DNA of 64,000 nucleotides, from NCBI RefSeq assembly GCF_009914755.1, contig NC_060933.1. One strand, written 5' to 3'. Source of the stretch: the human T2T-CHM13v2.0 reference genome, Homo sapiens. The notes under the pieces were generated by a model. It was given only the letters and a program-made list of their open reading frames with translations. It ran no database searches and was not told the origin of the DNA. This document shows, one piece after another, positions 1 through 14,040 of this stretch. The translations under genes were made by a program, and so were the position numbers. Every line of letters begins with the position of its first letter. Position 1 is the stretch's first letter.

Positions 1-29
1 AAAGATCACTGAATCTGCTTCTGTTATAG

Positions 30-178
30 CATCTGTCACATTGTATTGCAGTTATTTGTTTACCTGGGCCTCTCACCCACTAGCCTGGGAACTCCAAAGA
101 ACAGGGATTAACTCTTATTCATCCCTGTAAGACTATCACCCAAGGAAGTACACATCAATAAATGCGTGGTGAACAGAT
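30..178 (+). mobile_element. L2 (LINE-2) 3' end remnant
   Basis: Degenerate match to the L2 3' terminus (ccactag...actcc...cagggat...ttcatccctgta...tcaataaatg..gtgaa). Confidence 0.6.
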
Positions 179-599
179 GCAAACCTGCAGAATAAATTTA
201 TTATTTAATCAATCAGTGTTTAGTTCAAAGAGCTCCCTGAACTGACAGAGCCATTAGTAAACTTTTGCAACATCAAAGACACTGAGGACAGCCCATGATG
301 TCAGGCACAGATTTGTATCCATGCAACGGTGCCTCTAGTCAACATGGAGGGTCAACATGGAACTTTCAAATTCACTTTACATCTGAAAACACTTGGACTT
401 GGGTGGATGATGCTCCAGGCTGAGAGGTTAAGCTGAAAGACGCTTGAAACTTCAGATGCCTAGGATGAGAAAGCAGAATCCCAAAGCCTCTGGATGCTCA
501 GAATTTTTTAATAGTTACTTATAAATGCTTTTAGGAACCTCGTTATTCTTTACACAAGAGTAAGAGGAGGGGAAGTATTAAATTTTCTTCTATAAAAGG

Positions 600-852
600 T
601 ACTATTGTTGATTGAGATTCTACCATGCCACGTTATATCATTTGATCAAATGATACATGTAATATATATTATATATCCTTGGATCAAATGATATACATTA
701 TATCCTTTGATCTTCTTTAAAAAACTCTACGGCATTGCTATCTACAGTTTGCAGATGATAAAACAGGAGCTCAGAAAGGAGAAATGATTTTGCAAGGTCT
801 CCCATATGGTAAATGGTAAAGACAGGATTAAAACCCAAGCCTAACTCTAAAA
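600..852 (-). mobile_element. MIR SINE remnant (contains a palindromic duplication)
   Basis: Antisense MIR core: tttgcagatgataaaacaggagctcagaaagg...ttgcaaggtctc...gtaaatggtaaagacaggattaaaacccaag. Confidence 0.7.
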
Positions 853-899
853 CACAATTTCCCGGCTCCTTTTTTCATACAACTGGAGACAACACATGA

Positions 900-1424
<525 letters not shown>

Positions 1425-2995
1425 TAGGACCAGGTCTCTAATCTCAGACCAGAATCTTTCCAGACTATTGCCAGTTTCATTAAAATGAAACTTCTGACAA
1501 TCTCTTTGCTGTACATCACTGTAGCAGCAAGATTTTGGGGACACAAGCACATACCCTGCGGACCTCAGGGTCCACTGTGATACAGACACTCCAGAAAGCA
1601 GTTTGGTCATCTGCATCAAGGGTCTTAAAGCTGTTCAAAAGAATTGACTGAGTAACTGGTCTCACTTCCTGGAAGTCATCCTAAGAAAACGATCTGTGAT
1701 GTGGGCAAAGATTGTCATTTCAGCCTTACTTATAACAGCAAAAACAAAACGAAACACCAAAAAGCAGCAAACTTACATGACCTCAAATCAAGATAACAAT
1801 AGCTCCTAACATATAGGATTGTTAGAAGAAATAATTGATATGAAAGACACTTAACCCAGTGCCCGGCCCATAGTTAGCAATTAGTTAAATCAGACACCTC
1901 TGACCTTTCACATTTGTCACTTCTAGAGCCCATGGACAATATGATGTGAACCAAGCCAGACTAAGTAAGATAAATTCCTGGTTTGGAGGTTTGCAAAAAT
2001 GAGGACTCAGAATTGGTCAAGTTTACTTAGGCTTCAGTTTATTATAGAACCAAGTAGCAAGGAATGTGCCAGTAATTACTCCAATAAGTGAACCTGCTGC
2101 TTAGAGCTTCCCTTTAATCTCCATAAAGGTATCTTCAAGTTATCAGTCTCCCCAGTCTGTGCAGAGTGAGAAACAGGCCAACTCACTAGAGCCCAGTTCA
2201 AAGCTTCTCCGTTTTCTCTGGCATTTTTGAAAGAATAAGAACTCAAGGGTCCATCCTATTACTAAAAGAGGAAGTTCTTGCCTTGTCCCTGTTACTACCC
2301 CATTTTCTCCTCTGATTTACGTTTTTCCTCTGTCTTCAGGCCTATTACTGGCAGTGGGCCTGTCCATGGCCTGACTCATGATACATTAGCAGAGACACTG
2401 GCTTTGAAGAGTTAAAAAAAATTCCCCTTCTCTTACTAAGAACTTTATTTAATCTAATTGAGCTCCTTTTTCTAGCTGCAAAACAGGATAATACTCTCTA
2501 GAGTTTGCATGAGGATCAAATAGTACAATATGTTTACAGAGAGCCTGACACCCAGCAGACTCTCTCAAAAGGAAGTCCACCGTTCTTGATCTTCAACAAC
2601 TTGCGCAAGAAAAAGGAAAAATGAAAAACCTATGGAGCTGGTGCACACGATGGGGAAGCAGAAAGTAGGCACGAGTGACAGCAAAGACACCTAGAGCCCT
2701 GAGCATCCAGGCAAACGCGGTGGCAGAGTTGGATCAGTTGGATAATATTCGCCTAGCTTGTGAACCATTTTCACTTGTACTTCCTGTAGTATTGACATGT
2801 CAGTCCTGCGTGGTTCACCTTTTGCAATTGAGACCATGTAACTTACTGAGGTCATGGTGAGTACAGGGCAAATCCAGGACTCACTCAAACCTCCTATCTA
2901 TCACTAGCTGTGCTATTGCTTCCACACTGAGTACTTCTGCATTAGACATGCCTGGAAGAAGGGTGCATCAGGAATATGGCACATAAGAGATTAGC

Positions 2996-3381
2996 ATATT
3001 TGACCCTTGAACAATGCAGGTTTGAATTACGTAGGTCCGCTTATGTGTGAATTTTCTTCTGCCTCTGCGACCTCTGAGACAGCAAGACCGATCCTTTCTC
3101 TTCCTTCTCCTCAGCCTACTCGACGTGAAGATGATGAGAATGGAGAGGATGTATTTTCTCTTCCTTGTGATTGTCTTAATAACATTTTCTTTTCTCTAGC
3201 CTACTTTACTGTAAAAATACAGTACATAATACATATAACATACAAAATATGTGTTAATCAACTGTTTATTGGTAAGGCTTCCAGTCAACAATAGGTTATT
3301 AGTAGGTGAGTTTCTGGTGAGTCAAAAGGTATACTCTGATTTTCCACTCCATGGGAGTCAGCACAGTTCAAAGGTCAACCG
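2996..3381 (+). mobile_element. Tigger2a (MER28) TcMar-Tigger MITE, internally deleted
   Basis: Termini ttgacccttgaaca...gttcaaaggtcaacc; body cctcagcctactc..cgtgaaga, aacattttcttttctctagc, aaggcttccagtcaaca. Confidence 0.85.
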
Positions 3382-4117
3382 GAATAATGAAAATGCAAGG
3401 GTCTATGGAGGTGATTTTGTGTGTTCTCTGGCGATACCCACATAGAAATAGCCTGGCTAAACTCAGAAAAGAGCAAGCAATTGTATGATATATATGCAAA
3501 TGTACATATATATTTGTCTATCTATAGACATGCATCCAGAATATGAAAATCCCTATTATGGTTGATCTTTCTTCAATTTTCAACTGTGTGCTTTGGCAGT
3601 GGGTAATCACTGTAAAATATTCAGAAAAAGCAAGAATTAAGACCAAATATGACTGTCAGAGTAGGGACTAATTATCTGATTAATTATTTCATCCACTCAT
3701 TTACTCAGCATCACTTTTCTGAGCATTTTTCTGTACTATGCTCTATGCTGGATCCTGCAGATAGAAATGAATAAGAAACAAAAGTCAGAAAAATTGTTTG
3801 TTCTTAAGGCACCTCCAGTTCTGATTTATTTATTAGAATGAGCATCACTGTCTCTGTGTATGATTAGGTCCAATAAACCATAACCATAATTTTTATTCCT
3901 AGAAACAGGCCAGATGACCCTTTCAGTATATTGGTATTCTCCAATCAACAACCTCAAGAGCTCATCAAACAGTATGAAAAGAGAAAGGGAGGAGGTCGGA
4001 GAAGAAGGCATAGATGAGCAAAGAGGGCTACAACTTCTCCATAATATGAGCATTGGAATTCCTTTTTCCTGGTCCAAACAGAAGACATAGCCATAAACCG
4101 AATCATGTTTTATTAAA

Positions 4118-4380
4118 ACATATATATATGTTTATATATAATAGTTATGTATATTTTTTATAAATATATTTATATAAATATAAATATAAATACATATAAA
4201 TTTATATATAGTTATATGTAATATACATAACTATTATATATAACTTTATATATAATATATATTATATATTAAGTTATATAATATGTATTATATATTAAGT
4301 TATATATAATATATAAATTATATATTGTTATATATATTATAAATAAATAAATATATATATAAAGTGATATATACATATAA
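4118..4380. repeat. AT-rich / degenerate (TA)n low-complexity tract
   Basis: About 260 bp almost exclusively A/T with TATA periodicity. Confidence 0.95.
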
Positions 4381-4789
4381 AACTTTAGGCTCTATCCAAA
4401 AAGGATTTGAGTCTGTTTACAGTAAGGGCCAGGCATATGGAAATTCACTAAAAAATAAACAGTAAAGCAGAACCAAAAAATGAGAAAAAGGGAAAGATTG
4501 GGCGCTTCATAGGATAATATAATTCTCCTTGACATGGTGGAGGATCATACTGGGCTCTGAGTTTTCCAGCAGTGGCAAAAGTAGGAGTATAAAATTCTAT
4601 AGCACTTATTCTCAGAGCAGCAAAAGCTCTAAAAGTTGATTAAAGAAGATAAAAGTGTTTGGGGGGATTATTGTACTTCTACTTTGTTGGGTTTTTCTTT
4701 TCCTTTTTCCTTGGGGCTGTATTTTTAAAGTAACACCTGATTTAGGACTTGACATAAAGAACATTGAAAAACACAAAGGACCAAGACCC

Positions 4790-4908
4790 TCTCCTTTGGA
4801 GTGTGAGCTTTCTGGGGAGGGACCACACTATTCTTCATTTTTAGATTCCTAGAGCGCAGGGATATGACTAGTTAGAAGCTCAACAATTGATTGCTGGATG
4901 AATGAATC
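4790..4908 (+). mobile_element. L2 3' end remnant
   Basis: gagtgtgagctttctggggagggacc...tcaacaattgattgctggatgaatgaat. Confidence 0.65.
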
Positions 4909-5282
4909 AGTGTATCACAGACTAATTGTAGTCTTAACAGCAAATACCAAAGCGAATTTCCTACAACTGATACTGATAACAGTGTTTGCAAACATCTCAG
5001 TATGTGCTCTTAAAGAGCAGATCAATGAAGGTAAGGAATGTGACCGAAGTTAAAAGGTTTTCATTCATCTAATTTTGAGTGAATAAAAGTAGACCATAGG
5101 AGAGACAGCACAAATATTCAACCTGACCATGCCAGCATGGCTGACCCATTTGTTTGTAGTCAGAGTCCACTGTAATTGCTTGATGGATGTTGACTATTCC
5201 GAATATCCTCAGCAGAGGAGGAGGGTGTACCATTCTTTGCTTGAACTCTTTCTCATGAATTCACTTCTTTCATTTTAAACTA

Positions 5283-5657
<375 letters not shown>

Positions 5658-8559
5658 TCAAGTGAAATGGATGCTTGTATATGCTCAAGAGCCCTGTCTC
5701 TTCTCACAGGTAGTTCTTCTATCTAGGAAGTCAAAGTGTAAGAAAGTTGCTTGATGACTCTAGAATCCGAGTTGGCAGAGTTTGCTGAATTTTCTTAATT
5801 ATTGGGGGTGCTGTTGGGTTTGATCACTGACGTGTTCTCCAATGCTCAGAAAAAGTTCCAGCCGTACAGACTCTAGTGTGAGTGGGTCAAAATATCCTGT
5901 CTCCTAGGGCCTCACTACATTGGCCAAGGTATTTAGACAAAATGCATGAAAACCTATTGAAGTTTACTGAATATGCCAGACCTGATGCTTGTGCAGGCCA
6001 CCCGTATCAGTAAGAAAAAAGTCTACCACCCCATCTTCTGGATTTGATAACTGCAACAGTAAATATTGGCACTCTACTAAAGTTCTTAGTCACTCTTATT
6101 TGCTTCTCCCTGAGTTTCCATCTAAGTAATAATATCAAACAAACAGAAGGAGTATAAGTTATGGCTGGTTTTGTTGTTTTTTTTTTTTTTTTTTTTCACA
6201 AGAAAGAGGAGAAACCATAAAATCTTTTAAAAAGCCTTTTACAGATAAATTGTTTCTAAGCACGACCACACTCCTGAAACACTCAATGAATGGTCTTGAG
6301 GTGCGGGGTGCTGCTGGAATTTATCCAAGACTTCAGATGCTGTGAGGATTGGCCATTATCCTTGCCAGACAGGCTTGTCCATCTTCCCATCAGTTGCAAG
6401 ACATTTAATAAAAACAGGCTGCGTTAATTCATGCTTGTTTAATGGACTGCTCCACGGGGCCTCAACTGGGTAAGCCTGCAAGACCCAGCCATGCATGGCA
6501 AATGGCTAAGCAGATGGTTTCAGTTTAGATAGTGGCTGTCAATGGTTTGGTGCGAACAGCTCTTGCAAACCAGCATGAAGTGAACAGATTGCATGGTGGC
6601 TGGGAGAAGCATATGTAATTGGAAACAGTAGCCACTTACAATGGGGGCACATTTTCAATCTTTATCACAGTGGCTCCAGTTGGGAAAAAGAGAGTTGATT
6701 AACCAAATGTGTTCTTGGCTGTGATGAATCCAACATTAAGAAAATTTGGGTAGTGTCTCAGGAGGGTGTTGGGCATGGCTGGTCTGCTGCATTAATCAAG
6801 GATGTCTGGATCCCAGAACTAATCCTGTCCCTGGGAGACAGGGAGGCACTTGGAGAAGCAGAGAACATGCTCAAAAGAGCCAAATCAGCAAGCTGAAACT
6901 TGCAATAGCTGGAGTTACGGCAATAGAGAAGGTCAGGTAGTTTAGGCAAACTGTGTCCATGGGCATAAAAGACCAGAACAGGTAGAAATCCACATGGGTT
7001 ATTTGGGGAAAGGAAGCAGAGGTGCATGATTTTTGGAGACCCTCACTGAGAGAGGACATATGAAGGTTTGCAGCAGATGGTATGGCTACAGCCTCCAGGT
7101 CAAGGCTACTTAAAAGACTGGATCTGAGAAGGAGTTGTATGGGCGAGACAGGGACATTTCTTAGGATGACAGTGGAATGAAAACATTCCCTGAGACAGAG
7201 ACAGGGCAAATGGACCAAGGCAGGTACTGGACCCTGGCCTTAGAGCCAACTTTGCAGAAAATGTGGCTTCCATATTTATTGGCATTTATTGAGTAATTAC
7301 CTCATCCTAGTCCTTGTGATAGGCTGGGGACACAGATCAATGAGACATGAATGATCTTCCTGACTCCTTTTGTCTATCACTCCTACTATTCCTCACCTCC
7401 GTCAGCACTTCTCTGCCCACCTCCTTGACTATATTAAATTCTCCTGCTAGTCAGTGTGCTGTGTAGTTGCTGTTCTTAACACCTGTAAGTTTCAATTTTT
7501 TTTTCATGTATTAGATTATGATTTTATTAACTCCCTTACTAGACTGCATGTACCGTGACATCGAGGAACACTTTTGGCTGTTTATTTGTTTTTTTAAATC
7601 AATGTATTTTGTGTCTCCCAGGGAGTGAACACTCAAGAATATTTGCTTAACTAATGTATGGATGAGTGAGGGGAAAAAATGATTTCCTTTTTTCTCTAAC
7701 TGCTTAGAACCCAGGAAATAGTGACAATGCCAAAGTAGAAGACAACCCCAGGCTCAGTGCCCAACCTAGACCATGGGCAGTCAACGAAGGCCTCCTGGGG
7801 CAGGTGACCCATGGCTAAGGTTTGAAGCTTAAGGTGAAGTTGGCCCAGCAAAGATGGCAAGAAAAGCTGGAGAAACTTGACACAGCTCCTGAGAAATGAG
7901 CTGAAGCTGCTTAAATGCTTTCTGCCCAATGCTCCCTAAGTCTGGAAAATGGCAGGCAGAATGGAACCAGTGTTGGGTATTCCCTGGTTCAGCTATGGAG
8001 AGCACAGGGTAGAAGGACAGGGGTCTAGGTAAGACCTACATGGGATGGAGCACCATGAGAACAGCAGAGTCTTTCTCGAGGGAAATACTGTCTCTCTCCA
8101 TCACAGTAAATGTAGAAATGACAGAGCCTGAGATCTGGCTGCCTGGATGCCATGAGGGCCACAGAGAGCTGCCCAGGCCTGCCCGAGTCCCCCCAGGCCC
8201 CAGGGCCTGACTCTATACTGCACTTTCCCACAGTGTTCTGTCTTAGGCCTGGCACCGTATTTGCTGTGTGTCAGGAAGGCCACCCAGCCTGAGGCACCCT
8301 TGGCAAGGAGGGTTGGGATTGTGGGGGCTGCCCACTGATAGCCTGGCTTGCTCTGATACTAAGGTGCTATCTCCTTGAGTCAATTTCCTCTGGCGATAAC
8401 ACTCGCCCCGTGTAAAGGGCCTATGTGAAGGAGCCATTCTTTTCCCTGCCCCTTTACACAGCCTGGCTCAGTCAGCTCTTTTGGCAAAGCCCGGGCTGCT
8501 GACGTGACAAGGTCACCCGGGACATGTGAGCTACACGTATGCAGGGCACTAAATCAAAG

Positions 8560-8700
8560 GAGGCTCAGTGCCATCTGGCCCAACACCCTCACTTGACAGA
8601 TGAGAAAACTGAGGCCCAGAGAGAGGGCGAGACTAATTCAAGGTCCCACATAAAGCTACCAACGACAAGGCAAGAACCCAAGACTTTTGACTCCCTCTTC
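8560..8700 (-). mobile_element. MIR remnant
   Basis: acagatgagaaaactgaggcccagagaggg...caaggtcccaca...agaacccaagact. Confidence 0.8.
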
Positions 8701-9322
8701 AAGTGCTCAGTCACCAAAGAAACAATGAAAGAAACCCAACATCATTCAGAACCACAGTTCATGGAGGGAAACAGTCAGGTAAGATCTCTGAATAGCAATC
8801 CTGCTGTTGGAACCCCTCACCACACTAAGGCACCTAGAGACGCAGCTATGTGTGACTTTGCACAAATTGCTTTTTCTCTCTGAATCTGTAATAGAGGGAC
8901 AAAAATGATCATGGTTGTCACATTGTCCCTGATTATGAGACATTCACTTAGAAAGATATGCATCCCAAGCCAATTATAGTACAGGATGAGTATACTAGAG
9001 ATGCATACAAGGTACCCAGTTTGTTCATGGGCTGACAGTTTGTCCAAGGGAGAACCTGGAAGGGCTTCTCAGAGCAAGTGGCACTTTGGCAAGGTTTTTA
9101 AGCAGCTCGTCCCATAGGTGAAGATAGTGGACAGTCAGAACAGAAGCAGCAGCGTGCACCCAAAAGCCTGCTGTGGGAACTCTCCATCTTGTGTTGTGAT
9201 GAGAATGTCAAGTGCAAAGAAGTGCACAGGGGCTGACACATGGGACTGAACAGGAGTCAGAGTCCAGATCTTGATGGTCAGGGAGATGGTGGTCAGATCT
9301 GAATTAGAAACAATCACTCTGG

Positions 9323-9625
9323 GGCTGGGTATGGTGGCCCAAGTCTGTAATCCTAGCACCTTGTGAGGCCAAGGTGGGAGGATTGCTTGAGCCCAGGAGT
9401 ACGAGACCAGCCTGGACAACAAGGCGAAACCTCATCTCTACGAAAAATACAAAAATTAGCCAGGTGTCGTGGTGCACATCTGTAGTCCCAGGTACCTGGG
9501 AGGCTGAGGTGGGAAGATTGCTTGAGCTCAGGAGGTTGAGGGTGCAATGAGCAAAGATTGTGGCACCGCACTTCAGCCTGGGCAACAGAGTGAGACCCTG
9601 TCTGGAAAAAAAAAAAAAAAAAGAA
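9323..9625 (+). mobile_element. AluJ within an L2 remnant
   Basis: gggaggattgcttgagcccaggag J-type motif, dimeric structure, A-tail; imperfect TSD agaaaca..cact(c/t)tgg. Confidence 0.92.
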
Positions 9626-9987
9626 GAAACACTTTGGATCCTGAAGTTCAAGTCATCATCAAGTGAAATATACCTATCTGAAATTTGTTGTGAAACCTCA
9701 ACTGAATAATTCATTTTCAGCATATCTAACTGAATAAATCTAGTTTGTCCACTTGAATTGTGTCATTTTTATGTTTGAGTTTAATAGTTTTAAGAGAGCT
9801 ACAAGTGTAAGGAGTGTATAGCTACTTTTATGTCAGCATACATTTAAATAGCGCTAAGTCAAGTTTTTAAAAAGTTACACTGGAGGTTGCTATGAAGGAT
9901 GGAGTGTTGGAGACTGGACTAGGGTCAAGAAGACCAGCCAGGGGAAATTTGTAATTGTGTAGGTGAGAAATAGTCCCTGAGACAGAA

Positions 9988-10235
9988 TACAGTGCATGGC
10001 TTTAAAACGTGGGCTCCTGTGTCACGCTATCTGGGGACAACTTCAGTTTCCAATCCTTATGATTTAATTTGGACAAGTAAAATCATTTCTCTAAACCTCA
10101 GTTTCCTCTTCTGTAAGCTGGGGATAATAATACAATGGAACTATTTCATTGGATGAAATGAATTCTAATGATTAATAATAATTCATATAAAGTATTTGAC
10201 ATGGAATTTGGCCAAAGTATATGTTCAATAAAAAT
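9988..10235 (+). mobile_element. MIR, near full length
   Basis: cagtgcatggctttaaaacgtgggctc...cctcagtttcctcttctgtaagctgggataataata...ttcaataaa. Confidence 0.8.
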
Positions 10236-10487
10236 TAAAAGATAAATTCACAACAAACAAAACCACCAAAAAACACAAAGATGGAACCAAGGGCAATGTA
10301 CACTAGATAGTCTTACATCGAAACGTAATTTTAGTGCCGAGAGAAAGAAAACTGGGAGAGGAAACCTTTGGAATGGAAAGTTCTAAGACCTCCCATGACT
10401 CACCTCCAGAGCCCTGTGTTGGGCTCCTTTCTGAGACCCTTTAGGGTGCTCTGTGATGAGAGTTAGGGATGTAAAACTGCAACTGGG

Positions 10488-11610
10488 TGTTGTCTCCAAA
10501 CTTCTAATAACCTCAGCAGGGAAGACACCAGGTTCAAGAGGACCAAGAAGAAACCCAGAGCCAGCAAACAAGACATGGGGTTTCATTATGGGTTTACATA
10601 CAGGGGAGAGAGTCCAGTTGAGGCAGAGGAATAGGGTCTGGAGGCAGGGAACCTAAGGCCATTTCACGCCAACTTCCTAGAACTAAATTGAAAAGAAAAC
10701 TCTAACTTTTCACTCCCAAGTAACTAAAAGACCAGAGGCTACTCCCTTTGCAAATCCCCCACCTTTTCTGTGTGGCAGATGGGAAATTGGCTTGCACAAC
10801 CAAGCTGACTTATTGTGGACTGAGTCTTCCTTTGCATAGAAGTACAACTTTGTAACTTCACCTTAGCCTCTGATTGCAAAAATCAACCAATCAGATGTTT
10901 GCACAGGAGTGTGACCTTTGTAATTCCACTTCATCCTCTGGCTGGTTGCTTTCTGCAACCAATCAGACTGATTGCAGGCCACCACTTCATTTACATGAGG
11001 TGAGCATGAGGTGGCCAATGGGAAATCTCTAGGGAGTATTTGGACCTGAGAAGATTCTGCATCCGGGCCCTTGAGCTGCTGCTGCTTGGCCCGCTCACAC
11101 ACTGTGGAGTGTACTTTCATTTTCAATAAATCCCTGCTTGCTGTCTTTCATTGACTCATTCTTTCCTTGCTTTGCTGCACGTTTTGTCCAATTCTTTGCT
11201 CAAAATGCAAAGAACCTGGACAACTTAAGTCAAGACCCTCTACCTGTAACACAGTGGTGTGAGTTGGACAAGATAACCGCATAGCCCAGTGGCAGTGGGC
11301 TGGGCAGAAAAACTGCAATCACCTGCAAACATCATCCGGTTTATAGAGCGTTTTCACTTAACACCCTCCCCATAATGACCTCCATCTAGCAACCTTTACT
11401 TAATCCGAAACTCAGTGCCTCAATCCCCTTACAGCCCCATGTTCCACAGGATGGGGTGCAGCTCAGATGTTTCTCATAGACAAGGAATACATCTTTGAGT
11501 TGGCCACTTCCAGATTCCCTAGCTCAGAACACACATTCACATGCGTCTGCCATACAGGGTCATTCTAAGTGTTTGCTTAGGTTATTGCTATCAGATGCGT
11601 TTACCCCATA
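10488..11610 (-). mobile_element. ERVL-type solo LTR (LTR47-like), split by the MER51 insertion
   Basis: Minus strand starts ...gtaaacgcatctgatagcaataacctaagc..agaatgaccctgtatggcagacgca; 5-bp TSD ctggg (10483-10487) / ccggg (11611-11615). Family name from memory. Confidence 0.65.
10619..11251 (+). mobile_element. MER51 (ERV1) solo LTR
   Basis: tgaggcagaggaatagggtctggaggcagggaacctaaggcc start, TG...CA termini, several CCAAT boxes, AATAAA at ~11125, 4-bp TSD cagt (10615-10618 / 11252-11255). Confidence 0.88.
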
Positions 11611-12499
11611 CCGGGTGGAAATGATGCCTTTGCATCTGCAACTGGGCCTCACTTCAGAGTGTAACTGACTGACTGCTGGAAGTTTCAAAAACAGAGTGAA
11701 GGATCATTTGGCTTCTGTTGAAATACGAGATTCATTTAAAAGTGAACACTTCACAGGGCACTGCTTTGGTCGAAGTAAGATGTTTCTAAATACTTTGTGC
11801 TACAAATCTTCAGGTCTCCTAGACTGGGGCTTGATGTTTTTCATCCAGTGTCCATCTCTGATTTCTCTCCTTCTGCCCTATCCCAGGAAGTAGTCTCCTG
11901 AAAATTTAGATGTTAAATGAAGACATTCCTGTCATACTCATGTTTGAACATTTAGGGAAAAGAGCATTGAAGGGCTGCCTTTGGTCCTACCCAGATTTTA
12001 TTATTTTAACACCCTTGATTTTTGTCACAAATTCTATTTTCTATAATTTCATTAGAGTTGGGGGAAAGTTCCAGTTTCCTAGCTTAAATGAGGATAAATG
12101 TAAACAGGTAGACCTTGATTATTCCTTTGTAGTAGAAGGACATTCTGCCTCTACTCAGCTTGAATGCAGTTTCCAGGTAACTGAAGAAGTGTACTCTCTA
12201 AGAACTTGGAAATCTCTAATTTGGAAATTAAAGACACCTGGATTTTATTCACTTATTCATTCATATATTGAAAAGCTATTTACTGAACTTTAGCTTTTCC
12301 TTTTTTCATACTCCTTACTTTGTGCTGGATTTACAACAGTAAATCAGCTAAGATTAGAATTCAGGGCCTCAAGGAGGGAAGGAAGGGATTAATCAATTTC
12401 AAATAATAACAATACAATTGCATTTAATCTTGCAAATAGGCTAAGTGGAAGCATACACAGCTCCAAGAATGTTTATTAGGGAAATCTGATCTTATCCTG

Positions 12500-12690
12500 G
12501 GGGGTCAGAATCGCAGTTCTGCCACTTTCTAATCACATGAGCTTCTAAAAAAAATTTAAATTTCTGGAGCCTCAGTTTACCCGTCTGTAATCCAGGGTCT
12601 GTCTTCCAGGACTATGGTGAGGATTCTAGGAGATAAAGTGTGAATGTGCCAGCACAGGAAGAGTCTGTGGTAAATGCTCGGTTAATCTCT
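12500..12690 (+). mobile_element. MIR remnant
   Basis: ctgccactttcta...gcctcagtttacccgtctgtaa...gtgaggatt..ggagataaagtgtgaa. Confidence 0.7.
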
Positions 12691-13759
12691 TCCTTTTGTC
12701 GTTCCTTCCTTGAGCTTATATAATACTTAGGTAAAAAACAAATTATTTTCAAAGCTGTCTGTTTGGAAACGACAGAGGGAGGAATTAGTCTACATTTTTG
12801 GACAAACTATATTATTGCAAAAATATTCTCTCTCTCTCTCTTCTTAAATAACTCTAGACGTGGGCTCCAGGACCACAGAAGGAAAGCCGGGTAGAAGGAA
12901 AGCACCTGGGGCCCTGTATCTGGAAACAAACTCTTGCTACTATGCAAAGGCAGTTCACAGCACTCAGATCCCATTCATCTCTAGTAATAGCCCAGTGGTG
13001 CACTATATGCATTTCCTGTGTATCCCAGCCAGGAAATGGGAATGGGATAGTGTTACTATTTCACCAAAGCACCTCCTTTTTGTCACCGGTAACTGAGACA
13101 GAGCACTAGGGGACAAGTCACTCTATGATCACCAACTGTGGACTGAGGTAGTGGATTTAAAGCAGCTCTTCCATAAATTATGGCCCAAACCAAACAAAAA
13201 ACACCATGCATGAAAAAAAAAAAAGACTGAAAAGAAATATACTAAAGAATAAGAGTGGAAAACATAACTCGGTTTTTCTGCTCCTTTTACTTCTCCATAT
13301 TTTCCTAAACATTATAAATAACACATACTACTTTTAACATGTTGAGATAAAAGCAGTTTTTTTAAGACATTCAACTGTGACCACATAGATAGACAAGACA
13401 GAGCATATTTTAAAAGCCTGATATTGAGTCCAGCACGTACACCCCATTCATTGTCCCAAAACAAGATTCCAATTCTGAGATATTATCTGAGCAGTGGCTC
13501 CTCTGACTCTTCCTACTTTCCCTTCCTCTCCTATGAGTTTGCTCCTGTAAGTCCTGAAATGCGTCTCTTATTCCACTTGTTATACTGTTTGTATCTCTTT
13601 ACTATTGAAGTGTGAGTTCTTCAAGTTCAAACATCTTGTCTTGTTCAATTTTTTTAGATCTCCTATACCTAGGACAAGACAACTACAAAATAATATAATA
13701 ATGACAATAATAATGATGATGACAACAACAGTAGAAGGAGGAAAAAGGGGGAAAGGAAC

Positions 13760-14040
13760 CAATATTTACTGCCTATGCTATAGGTCCATCCATGAATAAT
13801 CTCATTCAGTCTTTAGAACTGACAAGTTGGATATGTTATTTCTGATTGACAAAAATTAGACTGAAAATTACAATTTTTTTTTCTGATTTACATGTGTTAT
13901 TTCTGATTTACAAAAATTAGACATGATATCAAGTTCTGAGACAAAATTGAAGTCACAGGCTAAGTAACCTACCTCCTAAGGTCTCTTAGCTGTGTCACTG
14001 GGATTCAAACCCACAGCCCAGGCTGCTGTGCTTTGCAGTG
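13760..14040 (-). mobile_element. MIR remnant with internal local duplications
   Basis: atttactg...atctcattcagtc...aaattgaagtcacaggctaagtaac...ctgggattcaaaccca. Confidence 0.65.

Noticed and set aside
4118-4380. AT-rich arrays (also 41628-41952) as a structured or CRISPR-like repeat system
   Set aside because: No constant repeat-spacer organisation; ordinary degenerate (TA)n expansions.
6740-7260. Purine-rich block that might be an old LTR
   Set aside because: No termini, TSD or family motif that I could identify with confidence.
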